The translations under genes and the position numbers were made by a program. From Camelus ferus (lineage: Eukaryota), in contig NC_045696.1 in the NCBI RefSeq assembly GCF_009834535.1, positions 17,858,001-17,922,000 of the forward strand: a stretch of DNA of 64,000 bases, written 5' to 3'. Of the stretch, positions 11,116 through 24,535 are shown piece after piece; position 1 is the stretch's first letter, and each line of letters opens with the position of its first letter. The notes below the pieces were generated by a model, which saw only the letters and a list, made by a program, of their open reading frames with translations, had not been told where the DNA came from and did no database searches.

Positions 11116-14100
11116 AACACCTGCAGAAGGTCAGTGCACTCCCTCTACTTCCTGCTAATCTTTCCAAATATTTATTGACCCTCTAGTTTATCTGTTTTCT
11201 TCTTCAACTGAACAGCTTTTATTTGCCTAGAACATGATTTACACATTCTTTAACTATGCTGAAGCATCTGTCTTATGAACTTTGTCTAGTTTGTGTCCAC
11301 TGTCTTTCTTCACATTTCTGTGTGATGATATTTTAGACCAATTAAGGAATAAGTGAAAAAATTAGTGAATCACCTATATGGCAAATATGTGTTTGCCTGC
11401 TTAAGTATATCCTGTAATTAGTGAAAACTGTTATATATTTGTATTCTGTTTTTTTTTTCCTATTATCATCATCCATTCTCTCCCTGATTCTTTCTCTCCC
11501 TGCTTCAAATAGAGCCCCTCCATTCTCCATAAGTCTACCTACTCTTTCCCAGGGAAGGTTGAGGAGATGAGAATGAGGTATTAAGTAACAAGATTCATCC
11601 TGTACTTAACCTTACTTCTTCAAAAATCTCACATCATTTGAAATCTAACTAATTTATCTGAAATTGCTAAAGCATTAACTTCATGGTGTGATGTGTGTGT
11701 GTGTGTGTTTGCCCACATTTCCTCTAAAAGTTAACATGACAAAATTCAATAAAGCATAGGTAAGTAACATGGAATATCTGCTTTTTTTTTAAGAAAACAA
11801 TATATTATTCCCATTAATCAATAATATGTTAGAGGTATATTAAACAAACTGAAAACATGTTTGTGTATATAAAGTGACACAATTAATTAAGCCAAGGTGA
11901 CGGATAACAACAGATATTCCAGAAAAAAACAATACTTCAGTTCATTCTGGATATAAAGAGTGTTGAAAAAATCCACTTGGCAGAATGGTTGAGGTCTGTG
12001 GCTTAGCATTCAGAGAAATCACTCTGTTCTAGTTTTGCACCAACCCACCATGTGGTTTTAGAAAAAAGAGCCAGAAGAAAAACTACTAAGAAATGAAATC
12101 AGATAATTATAGGGTTGCAGGAGCCACATGAGCCCTCAGAGTATACAAGTCCTCTTTCAACCACACATTCCACACATGGAAGGAAAGTGATAACTCAGAA
12201 ATGATGTAATTTATGTGCAGCCACATGCGAGACCATCAGGAGGCCCAGAGGAAGTACATCAACAGCTACGAAGGAGGTGAGAAAGTGGCAGTAAGCTTTT
12301 CCATCCTGGAATCTGTAAAGCTGATCGCTTATCTACCAGAGGGGAGAACACGTTCACCTAAGTCTTCAAGCCCAGCAAGCTCAGGCAAATGTAGAGAATC
12401 AGCTACTATTAAAAGAAAATTTATCAGGGAATTGGAACTTCAACCCTTTGCAAGCTATGTTACAGACCTCTCAAGTGACTCATTCTAGGAATGATAATCA
12501 TTACAATTATTTTGTATTAGACACTTTTTTGTACCATGGGAAGTACATACACAATGAAAAATGTTTATGTGAAGCAGGATTTCAGTCAATGATAAGTCAG
12601 ATTTCCTGGACTGGTACAGTCAAGACTGTTTTTCAGAGTTTTTATTCTTTAAACAAGCATCCCAGTGATAACCTGCACTCCCTTGTTCACTTTGCCCTTG
12701 ATTCATATATAAATTCTCTGTAATTCTGATTATTGGCCCGATTGGTGCATACTGGGTGTCTGAGAAGTGAATCAAGCCCAGATATTTGGGGGAGGAAGCC
12801 ACAAAGTACTGGGAGCTCATACAGAGTCAATAAAGGTGACACAGAACAACATCTGGCTCATTACATTCGAATTGCAAGATTGTCTCTTCCTTCACAATTT
12901 CCCTGAAGTAAACTGTTTGAAGGGGGTAGTGATTTAAAAGGCTGTCCCTGGGAAGTTATTAATCAAGAGACATAGTGTTTCAGTCAAGGGATGAATAAGC
13001 TATAGAGATATTCTGCACAAAATTTTACCCATAGTCAACAATCATACAGTGCACAGTTTACAGAACTAAAAATATTTAAAGGTCATTTTTCCTCTCTTTG
13101 ACTTTAAAAATCCTGTTCAGAAAATCCATTGTGGAATAGGATGAGGATATGTATCACCCAGAATATATGATGTCCAGACACCGTGTTAATACACTCTACA
13201 ATTCTATGAACTAAGCCAGCCTTTATTTTCTACCTCCGTTCATCATTAACGGAGTTGACTGTTGAAAGGGGATATTGCTACTGTTAATTTGTGCCAGAAA
13301 CGTGGTGTTTAGAAATGAGAATGCCAATTTCAGCACAGATTTTAATATAAAAACCATTGATATGATATAATCCTACATTGTAAAAATATAGTTGATATAG
13401 TATAACTGATTCAATACAAATTTTTTTAATAACAAATCCATTCGTTCATTGAGTAGACACAAGAAACTGCCTAAAGGTATGGGAAAATAGAGCCTGGATA
13501 TAGACAAACCCCCAGTAGTAGATAACATGACAAGTGCTCAGGTGTTTTAACTCATGAGAAAAGCCTCCCCCTCTTCAAGCATGACCACTGCACACATGAA
13601 TCAGGGCTAATCTTTTAGAAATGCCATTAGTATTGCCACAGTTTTTTATGGTTTAAGCACTCATTTATAGGAATGGGTCTAATCAGTAAATCCTGTAAGA
13701 GATTTTACTACTAAAACTACCATTCAATAATATAAACATATGTAAATTGGACAATACTCGTGGCATTTCAAAATATGCAGAATTTATCAACAGATTGCCC
13801 TGTTAGCTTAGATTTTTAAAAAATATTTAAGAAATGAAACTGCAAATATGTGATCTGTGCTTCAAAATATCTGGAGTCTCAGGTCACTGAATTTAGGCCT
13901 ACCTGCTTATCAAAGCTGAAGGATTACACTTGTGGAAAAGGCAGGAGATGACCCTACCAAACTTGCAGCACAAGAGGTTCTGTTTAACAAATTATAATTA
14001 TTTGCTTTCTGTCTATCTTCCAAAAAGAATGCAGTCATCTGGAGAGCAGAGATTGTATTTCTTGTTCAATGGTGTTATCACTACTAGCATGTTGTCTGGT

Positions 14101-14299
14101 CCACAGAGTAACTGCAAATATACTCCAAATAACTGAGCTCTTTTTAGGAGAATCTGTAGACCAAATCATTAGAGGAAAAAAAAAAAGACAAAACTGTGGG
14201 GCAGAACATTGTATACCTGTTATCAGTCCCAGAGAAGAACGCCAACTGCATGGAGGATAGGAAATCAGGCAGAGATCATCACTATGCCAACCACCAGAA

Positions 14300-14737
14300 G
14301 TAGAAGTCAAACACTTCTGCTCATTGCATCCTGGTATCATTGACAAGAAAAACACAATACCATCAAGCTGGATAGAACAACACTTTACTTACAGAGACGC
14401 TTCGGTAGTGGGCAGTGGTACCAGTGCCTAGCAGGTCTCTCCTGGTAGGGCAGCTCATGTATGTGCAACACTCTGGTGCTACAGTGAAAGGATAGGGTCC
14501 CCTTCCATGATGGACAGACATAGCAGTGGATTGGCATGGTGACATGCGATCACACACTTAAGTAGAATGTAAGAATATTCATTGAGCTTGAAACAGTGAA
14601 AAATATTCCTACACAAGATGGTAAGTCCAGCACAGAGCTCTTTATCCCTCAGTAATTCCTTAACCCAAACCCAAGGTCTGCCTTTAAGCAGCCACGTGGC
14701 GGTCAAAAGACTGTGCATGAGACTGCCTTTACCAACA
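14300..14737 (-). mobile_element. ERVL-type solo LTR remnant (MER54-like)
   Basis: Minus strand begins tgttggtaaaggcagtctcatgcacagtctt, resembling the recalled MER54 start; left boundary approximate. Confidence 0.45.
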
Positions 14738-17089
14738 CTGACAAAATAATTTTTAATAGCTTATAAGCTAAAATTAGGGATGGTGCTAGATACTTGGTGT
14801 TTATTAAATTATTTTCCATTGTTTTCTTGAAAAGCTAGAATTATTTAGAATAATAAAAACATGAGCACTAGAAGGTTCTTACTCTTAGGTCACCTTTTAT
14901 TATGCTGTCCAAAGCACTTCATCTAAAAAGGACAACATCATCCTATGCAACGGCCAAAAGATTTTTAGAACAGAATAGGTCAGGAAGCTGCACAATTTTA
15001 TTTTAATTTACATTTATCAATTTATCTAGTGCATTTGATTTCGTAGAAACTTAGCAGAAAGGAATAAATAACCTTCTTGATTAGAACATGAGCCATACAG
15101 CTTAAGCACGTCCACCGTTTGTCTCAACATATCAGAAAACACACCAATAAGAAGCCACATCACTACACACTTTGTACTTACCTATTATTGTGATGTACTT
15201 CTAAGGAAGGTGAGAGATTTCATGATTGGATACAGGTTTCTACCTTAAATATAAGCATATTGTTTTATTATTTTATTTTTTATTTTTTTGTTTCAAAACC
15301 CCATCTAAAAATTTATTTTCTCTAACAGCGCATTAAGGAATTCACAGTCTCATCTACCTTCTTTCTTTTTCCTGAAATTGAGAAATGTGCATTTGCATTT
15401 TATTTTGCAATCCTTCCGTTTATTTTTAATTCTCTATATAGATAAGTACATTCAACGTTCACCATCAGTCATCTTGCTGAAGATTTTCTGATCAGCTAGC
15501 ATGTTTCTCAAAATAGCACATAGGTACAATATTTCCTGAGACTTCGCAAAGACAAGCATATTGTCTTAAATGTTTTAGAACTGAGAAACTTGAAATTGAG
15601 TGGGAGAAACAATTTGTTAAAATTGCCTGAGCTTTTTATGTGTGGTGATGAAGAAAGATGGAAATACTGTAGAGACAAGGCCCGTGGTAGTTAGTCTTTA
15701 TTTCTCCATTTAATAATTATCAAAGCTATGGCATTTGTAATTAAATTCAAAGACCACTGGGAGTCATAACCCATTTAATTACAAGCTCAGGAAATGGAGC
15801 ATAAGAAATGAGATCATATAGACCACCTAGACGAGGCTAAGTAGACAGAAGGCTATGAGGGAACCTTCCTACACCTTTCTCTCACACTCTGTCCTCATTT
15901 AATTTCCCCCACCTACTCACAAAGCCAGCAAGATTTTTTGAAATAACTGATGACCAAACTGAAAAGTTTTCAGTGCATCATGTTAGAGAGCCAGTATTTT
16001 ACTGTCATCATTTTCTAAATATTTTTACCAGTTGAAAATAATAAAAAGAGTTTTTTTCAAACTGACTGTCATGAAATTGAAAATAAAAGTATTCACTGAG
16101 AAATGCAGGTAGGAAAACTGAAGTTGTCATCAGAAATAAGTATTTATTAAGCTATAAATCCCCACTAAAATTTTTTGATATATGAACTTTCATTTGATTG
16201 CTTATCATTAAATCTCATCAGTCCTGAATTATTTAAAGTGTCTACAACATTATATGTTCTACATTATATGTGAATAAAATAGCCCCTTAAAATTGCCTTT
16301 TTCAGTGTCAGAATTATTTTCACAGTCAGCCCACATGAAAATTTCATGATAAAATTATGTGTCTGTAGTTGCCAAAAATGCCAGAAATCCTCTCAAACTA
16401 CTTGATCTTAACTAGAGGAAAAAATATTCCCAGTAGGAATGTCTGCATTTTCCCATATAGAGAAGTAAATAATTGTATTAGAATTTGTTTATTGTTGTTG
16501 CCACGGCAATGACTGTAACCCAGTATAAACTAGGTTAAAGGAAAAAAAGGTGTTTTCTTGCCTTATGTAGCTAGAAGTTGAAGGAATGATAGTTCTTTCA
16601 GGCACAGATGGATCCAGGGGTTCAGGGTTATTTCTTAGTCACACTGTTTCCTCTCATGGTTCTTCTTGATGATTTGGTGTCTGTCTCAGATAGTCTTTGT
16701 CAATGAGATGACAACACAGGCTGGCCTACATGATTCCAGGGAATGAGAACCATGAAGTCTCCCCACCTCCTGCTATCTTTGCATACTGTGGTTGACCCAG
16801 GTTTCATTATGTGCTCATGATTAGATTAAGGGCTGTCTCCAGGGGAATGGAGATGGCCAGCAGTTCTGACAGAGCTGCCTGCTGGACAGCTTCACTATAG
16901 TCTCATGACATTGAGTTGAGCTTTTCCTAGGAAGACAAGATTTTAGGTAAATATTAAAGCAATAAGTATTAAGGCATACAAACATACCCACCCAGTCCCC
17001 ACAAAAATGTTATTCACTTACTAATTTTTCCATTCAGTAGAAACTAATGAAATAATTGGTATGCGTTACACATAAATATTATAATATGT

Positions 17090-17130
17090 TCAACTCAGGT
17101 ATCAGATTATCAACTCAGGTATCAGATATC
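17090..17130. repeat. 20-bp tandem duplication
   Basis: tcaactcaggtatcagatta followed by tcaactcaggtatcagat. Confidence 0.9.
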
Positions 17131-17864
17131 ATTTCTTTCTTGAATCTTCTTTAAATCACCCATCACATCATTCTTTTTGATAAAATATTCTAAGATTGCT
17201 AATTGGAAGGACAGAACCTAATTAATGATAAAGAGGAAAAAAACAGTCTAGAAAGTTAATGTATTGACTATTAATTATTTTCTCATTTGTTTCCAATTAT
17301 GTTCTGATGTCTCAACACAGAAATAAAGAGCTGTAGATCACCTAAGTTTTCTTCAGTAGAGGAATTGGAGAAGTCAATATCAGATTCAGCATGTTTTGAA
17401 TTATTTGAAGAAAATTACTTTGGTTAGGTCAATGATTTTAATAATGCTTACACAATTTTGTGATAAATGCATAGAAAATCATTTTGGTACAGAAGCTATT
17501 GGAAAAATATTATACTAATAGGAATTTTAATATAAAAATACCCAACATGGGAATGAATATATTAAAAGACAAACACAGACAGACAAAGGAGTTAAGTAAT
17601 AATTATAGTAAATTAAATTTGCAAACCATTCAGATGGAAGTGAGTTTTAAATCTATTTGGTAGGATGAAGAGTCACAGAGAAAGATGGAAATAAATTTCA
17701 GTTTGGATTTGCCTGCAGTTTCTCTCCAACCTCACCATAATCATGAAAGGATAAGAAAATTTAAGTGAGTGAAATGGACATTTTTATAGGAAAAATTTTG
17801 AAACTTTTGAAATTGACTGTTGAACACATAGCATTGAAGAATACCCCTGATTGTTCCTCTAACA

Positions 17865-18310
17865 TCTGTATCCTGTCAAGATAGAGTAACAGAGACTGAA
17901 ATTACTGTCACACTTGAAATAACCAAAAAAAACTGACAATGGTTTTTAAGACATTAGACATTAGACAGGAAAGGCAGTGATCTCAAAAGAGAGTTACCTG
18001 AAGTCACTGAAAGAACTACACACAAGTATTAGAAGGACTGGTGCTTGGAGGTTACCCGCATCTGAGAACATCGATTTCTGCCATCAGCATGTCAGAAAAA
18101 CCTTAAGATTAATGGGAAACTGGAGTATATAAGAAGGGTCTCACCTCAGCAGTACAGCATAATTAATCCTGGATTTCGGTCCTGTCCTGACTGGCCCATT
18201 TTAAAAGCCAGACTGGAAAGGATCAAACTATATCAAACAAGACAAAAACAAGACTATGTCATAATCTCGTCTGAACACAAAAATTGAACCATTGTTCCAA
18301 CAACAAAAAT
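17865..18310 (+). mobile_element. Ancient L1 5'UTR remnant (L1MCa-like)
   Basis: caagatagagtaacagagactg...ggtttttaagacattagacat resembles recalled L1MC-type 5' ends. Confidence 0.5.
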
Positions 18311-18319
18311 GCCCCAAGC

Positions 18320-18657
18320 CTCTCCCTCTCTGGCTGCTTCTTTACCAGTCACAGCTTTAGCTTTGCTCTCATCCCCTCTCCTTCTAGCTATGATTAATTG
18401 AAATAACCTGTCATAGGATGCTCCCCAGCTCTTGCCACTATGCAATACATGGCAAAATTATTCTCCCTGAAAATCTCCCCAAATCACCTAACTAGAGTGC
18501 AACTCCAGTTTGAGTCTTTTGTAACATGCTGTTAGTGAACTACCACCCCCAGGTTCCACACTGTGTGCAGTCCCATTGTTACAACGAGCAATAAACCACC
18601 GGATTTGTTCAGCTGCAGGTGTGTTCCGGGTGGTCTCTGGCAGGAGAGCTTTGACAT
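18320..18657 (+). mobile_element. ERVL LTR remnant (MER74-like)
   Basis: caataaac...caggtgtgttccgggtggtctctggcaggagagctttgaca: polyA signal followed by a terminal ..tgaca. Confidence 0.55.
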
Positions 18658-18845
18658 TACAGACACGGTACTCGGAATACCACTCATAATTAGTTATATG
18701 TCACCCTTGTGATCCACTTTAAGAAATAGAAAAAGAACAAAAAAAAGGCATTGCAAAAGTCTAGAAATCTGAAAATGAGACAATAAAAGTACACATATGC
18801 AAATCGAAGAAATGATCAGCTAAGGTAGAATTGGAAGGTTCTATG

Positions 18846-19316
18846 TGGTGGAAGCTGCAAAACTTGTCCCTTCTTCCCTTCTAGGTTCCTTGGTTGGTCT
18901 CATAATTAAATTGATGTAAGGTAGATTAACAGGAGAAAAATGCATTTAATTCCATACGTATGACAACCCCACAGACAATGTAAGACTTCCAGACAGCCTG
19001 CTAATTGAAGCTTATATACTATCCTAAGCCAAGGGGAAGGGAAGTAGGGGTCTGAGGCTTTAAAGGGAGGAAGGTAATTCACAGGAAGATAAGAGCACGT
19101 GCTTGGTACAAATGTTTGCCACACCATGTAGTTGTCTTTCTGATATAAAAAACTATCTGGTAATAGCTTTACTCACCCCCTATCTAAGTTATTTTAGGTA
19201 GTTAAGGGAGAGAGAAAAGGCCTTTCTAAGTCTGCTGGGTCTCAACTGCCTTCAGCTCACAAAAATCCACATGTCAAAGTGGGACATTTTGAGATGGTGT
19301 ATTCTGCACCCCCTCA
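18846..19316 (-). mobile_element. ERV1-class solo LTR
   Basis: TG...CA termini; minus strand starts tgagggggtgcagaatacaccatctcaaaatgtcccactttg (MER34/MER39-like start); ~470 bp. Confidence 0.6.
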
Positions 19317-21199
19317 GGGGTTACCCATAAAAAGTGACACCTTTGGAAAAACAGAGACTAAATCATATTCAACCTCTTTTCTTTGAAACAAGTAAGGGTC
19401 ATATGTCAAACGTAAGCTGAATATACTTTCTGTTTCCATGGCTAGGTAGGGAAAAATAGGTGTTGTAGGTAGAATTAAATCACTTAAACTTCGCGGTGTA
19501 ATCAACATTACCAAATTTCTAGAGTCAGTCTCTGGGAATATCTACGTGCATATCTACATAGAGAAAACACAGTAGTAGAAATTAAACTCAAATGAGCTGT
19601 TTGGGCAAAAAAAAAAAAAAAAAATGAAGAGGAGAAGATTCTTTATCCAATAAAAAGAATCACCCCTTTGATCAGAACAGGACGTTTTTGAAACTCTACT
19701 CTAGAAGTCTACTGCACACATTGTAACAAGGTAAAGACACCAGAGGAAGACATTTAGAGAAATTTGGCATCCCAGTGTCAGGGCATATGTGAGCCCTTGG
19801 GCTATTGCCAGGAGAGTTTTCAATGAGCCAAGGCATAATAAAAAGAAAAGCAGGAGCACTGGCAGCATTTCTATGGAAACCAGCAAAAGAGTGCAGTCTG
19901 GCAGCTGAGGCAAGGGCTGCAACAGGTAATTGAGTGGGAGCACAGCTTTGTAATCCTTCCCAGACAGAGGTGATGTAGAAATTGCTGTTTTTGGAACCCT
20001 AACTGAAGGAATCTTGTTTCTGCCCACCCACGTATTCATCAGATCTCACACCCATGACTTTTACAACTAGCCTGTAAACAACTCTATTGGACATAATCCA
20101 TTGTCTTTCCTCTCTGAAAAAAAACAAAAACAAAAACACACCCAGAGAGAGCCATTAAGCAATTACAGACCTGGCTGATCTGCAGCACAGGTGGAGATTG
20201 AATTTAAGGGTCGTTGATGACTGTGTCCTAAAATTACTTTGCTGCTGCAGGGCTTCCAATTATTTTTCCTTTTTGTATGGATCTGATTTGCTCAGCTCCT
20301 ATTGCATTGATTCCAGTGACATTTAGGAGATGTGCACTCTCTGCTTCATTCTCATAGCCCCCATCAAAATCTGTTCTTAATGGTTACGCGAGCTATAATT
20401 GGCGAACGAAGAGAAACTTTGTGTACATTTCCTAGGCCTTTCAAACTCCTTCATGTCTACATAGAAGATGTATTGTGGGCTCCAGGCAGAGACAACAGCC
20501 ATGAAAAGCACTTTCTCCACACAGATGATTTCTGCACAGAAGAACAAGTGGGCGGGTGAAGGCTGTCAAGGGTGTACCCCGTGAATGTCTGTATGTATGT
20601 TTTATATTCTGCATGCTTATACACATCTGATGCTGACACCCTTCATCATGCATGGTACAAGATAACGTAGGAACTTGGCAGACACTTAGAACACAGAGAA
20701 ATAGATGATATCTAATGCTAGAGTCTTGGGTTGTAATACTTTTCTTCCATTGATAACGTATGCAACCACTTGACACGTATGGTCTTTATTTCACTCATTT
20801 GATGTGTGGTGATGAATATCAAACCTGATTGACATAGAAACTATACATTTCTTCTTTCACCATAAAATAACATCATAGATTTGCAGACTCAGAGATTGTA
20901 TCTTTTATAAGCATTTCAATGACGGCTTTCATTTTTCTTATCATCTGAGGCAAAAAGTCTTCAAGATTTGTTTTTAGAATTATTTTGTCCTTTGTGTTAG
21001 ATATTGTTTGAAGAATAGTTACAATTTCTGCTAAGATCTACTTATGGGAGTGGTGCTGGGATCTGCATGGCACGTGTGATGTTAGAGTTGTCTTCTAGGT
21101 AAGCAAACAAATTAAAATATTTAGAAAACTATGAAAACATGATTCTGGTAATAATGATAATTAGAATTTATCAAGAGTAGATTTCAGTGTCACACAATG

Positions 21200-21560
21200 T
21201 ACTAATAATAACAGAAAAAATGTAGACAGTGGTGTCTGTGAGCCAAAAACTTTCTAAGTGTTTATATTAACCATTTGATCCTCAGCAAAAACTTATAAGG
21301 TAGTTTTATTTTTACCCATATTTTATCCATAGAAGTGGAAATTTAAGCAGGATTTTCTTAAAACTGCACAGTTTTCAAGGGTAGAATTGGGATTTAATCT
21401 ACATAAGAAACCAGCGAAAAAGTGTCATTATGTCATTTTAAAGTGAGTAGTCTGAGAGTAAGAGAGGCTAAATGAATTTCTTAAGGTCACATAATTGCTA
21501 GGTAAAAGAGGGACTTTGTTAACTCAGGTCTGTGGAAATCCAAAACTACTTTCTGCCAGT
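21200..21560 (-). mobile_element. Two adjacent MIR remnants
   Basis: tttgatcctcagcaaaa...cccatatttta and gaggctaaatgaatttcttaaggtcacataattgctagg. Confidence 0.5.
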
Positions 21561-21901
21561 ACTGACAGGTGTCTCATGGGGTTCAAAGTTGAGAGTATGT
21601 GAAATTTTAGAGCTGGCATGGTTGTATCTGGTTAGGGCAATAAAGTGAAGCTTGCCAGTGTCTCCTGTTTACACTGAACCTTGGAGCATGGAAAATGGTT
21701 TTGGTTAAGTGACTATGTGGATGGGCCTGACATCCCAGGAGAAGGTAGCACAAGAGCAAAAGCAAAGTTAAAATGTGGGTGTCATTTCTGGACAGCAGTG
21801 ACTAGCCTGACTTGCAAAGGAAAATAAACGAAGAAGACTCAGAAGTTCACCGTTTATGACACTTTCTGTTGCAAGAAACAGAATGCCCAACCAATAGCGG
21901 C

Positions 21902-22466
21902 TTCCATCATTTAAATATACCTCAGCCTCTTTATCCAGTCGTCTGTTGATGGACTTTTAGGTTTTTTCCATGTCTTGGTTATTGTAAATAGTGCTGCTAT
22001 GAACATTGGGGTGCATGTATCTTTTCGAATTAGAGTTCCCTCCAGATATATGCCCAAGAGTGGGATTGCTGGATCATATGGTAAGTCTATTTTTAGTCTT
22101 TTGAGGAATCTGCATACTGTATTCCATAATGGCTGCACCAAACTACATTCCCACCAGCAGTGAAGGAGGGCTCCCTTTTCTCTACACCCTCCCCAGCATT
22201 TGTTCATGGACTTTTGAATGATGGCCATTCTGACTGGTGTGAGGTGATACCTCATTATAGTTTTGATTTACATTTCTTTGATAATTAGTGATATTGAGCA
22301 TTTTTTCATGTGCCTGTTGGCCATTTGTGTGTATTGGAGAATTCCTTGTTTAGGCCTTTTGCCCAATTTTGGATTGGGTTGTTTGTTTTTTTGTTATTAA
22401 GTTGTATGAGCTATTTATATATTCTGGAAATTAAGCCTTTGTCAGTCACATCATTTGCAAATATTT
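21902..22466 (-). mobile_element. Fairly young L1 ORF2 C-terminal fragment, truncated at both ends
   Basis: ORF 21911-22255 [11 protein letters not shown]...[18 protein letters not shown], very similar to 42020-42590 of the full-length copy. Confidence 0.92.
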
Positions 22467-22589
22467 AAAGAAAATAAATTTTAAATAGTAAAAAATTGTG
22501 AATATAACAGATTCTTTTGCAAAAATTAAGGTCAGAATACAGTTTATCAAAGGGAAGTGAAAAATGAAATAATAGACTAGATAAAGACA

Positions 22590-24195
22590 ATGTATGTTTC
22601 CCACACTGGTTCATCTTCATTGTCATGAAGAAAGACTACATTTCAAAGCTTCCTTTAGTTAAGATTTATAGAAATAGAAATGTGTACTTCACTTCCAGTT
22701 TGAGGTAATTAATTGTAATTGAGCATTCTCCAAACTCTTATCTTTGCATATCAGCAGGGGGAATGTGCTAATAAAACAAAACTGCAGGCTTTGGCTTTGG
22801 CTGCATAGATGGACAGAGGATGTGTAGGCATCTGGTATCAGGAGCCTGCTAGATGGAGCATGATGTGACACAGATGCAAATTTTTTACAGTCTATCCTCT
22901 AAGACAACCAGAAAAGCAGTCTATGTGCCTAATAAGGTTATAACTATACAGGAAGAGGTTATAGAATTGGATATTGGTATTTTCTGTTGTATAATTTTAA
23001 CTTTATTTGGTAAAATGTTAATCAGGAAGATGTGAATTCAGGCTTTTTGATGCATGTTCCCAAAAAGAAGTGAAAGGGAATTGAGATAGTTTAGGAATTA
23101 ACAACCTTCCTGGGTTGGGAGAACCAACTAATTCTATTCTCCAACCACTAAGAGCTGGGGTTTCAAAAGGCTTTGAGAAATACATGCTCTATAATAATTC
23201 TCAGTTAATTAAAGTGGCTTGGCCAAAAAAACAGATCAGACTGGGACCTTTTACCTATTATAAATAATATCAATAAATTAGGGAGAGAGTGGATACACTA
23301 AATTTGACAATGTTTCATTTTGTATCAACAGATAACTAGAAAGATGGGCTTATTTCCCAATGTCCATTTCAGAAATATCAAAAAAAAAAAAAAAAAAAGA
23401 TGAGGTGAGAGCAGATTACAAGAAGGCAGAACGAAGGGCTCTAGAGACCCCTTGGTAAGGGGTTACTCCCATGGAGGAGAATCAGACACTCATCAGGAAA
23501 ACTTCCCCACTTCTATAGATGAGGAGACTGCCCAGTGTTTGCCCAATGGGATTTCTGAAATACTATAAACCAGAGAACATTTTGTTTCTCCTACTTTAAT
23601 TTTCTTCAAATTGTAGTGTTTATTGTGATTACCTTATCCCTGTTTCATTATCAAAAATTATGGATGGGAGGTGTTTATTTAGAACATACATCTCCAGATC
23701 AAAAAAAGTTACATGAAGTTGGACTTGAAAGAGGAATTTAATTCCCAAAGATCCTAAACTTGTAACTGATACAGTGACTGGATAGGACTCTGATTTGTAT
23801 TCCTTTGGAAGGACCTAGGTATTTTGTATGTTGAAGAGGATGAACGAAGTGATGTTTCAGAATATTCTCAGTGTCTCCTTAATATTTCTCAGTGTCTCCT
23901 TAATATTTCTCAGCCCCTATCCTTGCAGAACCATTCAAGGGATCAGTCCTGGCCAAGAGACTATGAACTGAAATGTCACATAGCATATATGAACTAAACC
24001 AGTTACAGGTAAGTGTGTCTCCCCCATTCTTTGCTCCTTCTTGGGTGGTAACCATGGAGATCATGTGTTGAAATGACAGATCCCAAAGATGAAAGCAGCT
24101 TGGATCGTGCATCAAAATTTTTATACAAGAAAAAAACCACTGCTTTTATTTTAGGGTTTATTAATTACTACATATTAGCTAATTATGCTGATTAA
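22590..24195 (+). mobile_element. Degraded MaLR (MLT1-type) LTR-internal-LTR remnant
   Basis: gactacatttc/cacttccag LTR-like motifs; MLT-int-like 3' segment (gtgtttattgtgattaccttatccctgttt...gtattttgtatg); second LTR-like block ending gctgattaaca; boundaries approximate. Confidence 0.45.
23861..23912. repeat. 21-bp tandem repeat, about 2.5 copies
   Basis: aatat(t)tctcagtgtctcctt repeated. Confidence 0.9.
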
Positions 24196-24419
24196 CAGAG
24201 GGTAGGGGGTAGAAACTGAGATCATGTCATGCTGTGAAAGACAAAAAGGAGAAAGATTGAAAAACAAACAAAATGGGAAATGTTAACATTGGTAGTTCCA
24301 TAGAGGGAATAAATGGAGATAATTATTTTTGTGTGAAAGCCAAACTGCAGTTGAAAGAGAAATAACTGTAATGAGAAATTGGAGGCAATGAACGTAGACT
24401 ACCTATTTTTACAATGTTG

Positions 24420-24535
24420 GTGTCTCCGTCAGTTCATGCTGCTATAACAAAATATCATAGACTGAGTACATGAACCAATAAAATTTGTTGTTCACATTTC
24501 CAGAGGCTGGAAAGTCCAAGACCAAGGAGCTGGGG
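24420..24535 (-). mobile_element. MLT1 (MaLR) LTR fragment
   Basis: gctgctataacaaaatatcatagactg...gaggctggaaagtccaagaccaagg. Confidence 0.7.

Noticed and set aside
20873..21037. 54-codon minus-strand open frame (ILAEIVTILQTISNTKDKIILKTNLEDFLPQMIRK...)
   Set aside because: Protein-like by eye, but it has no good acceptor or start and I do not recognise it; expected by chance in 64 kb.
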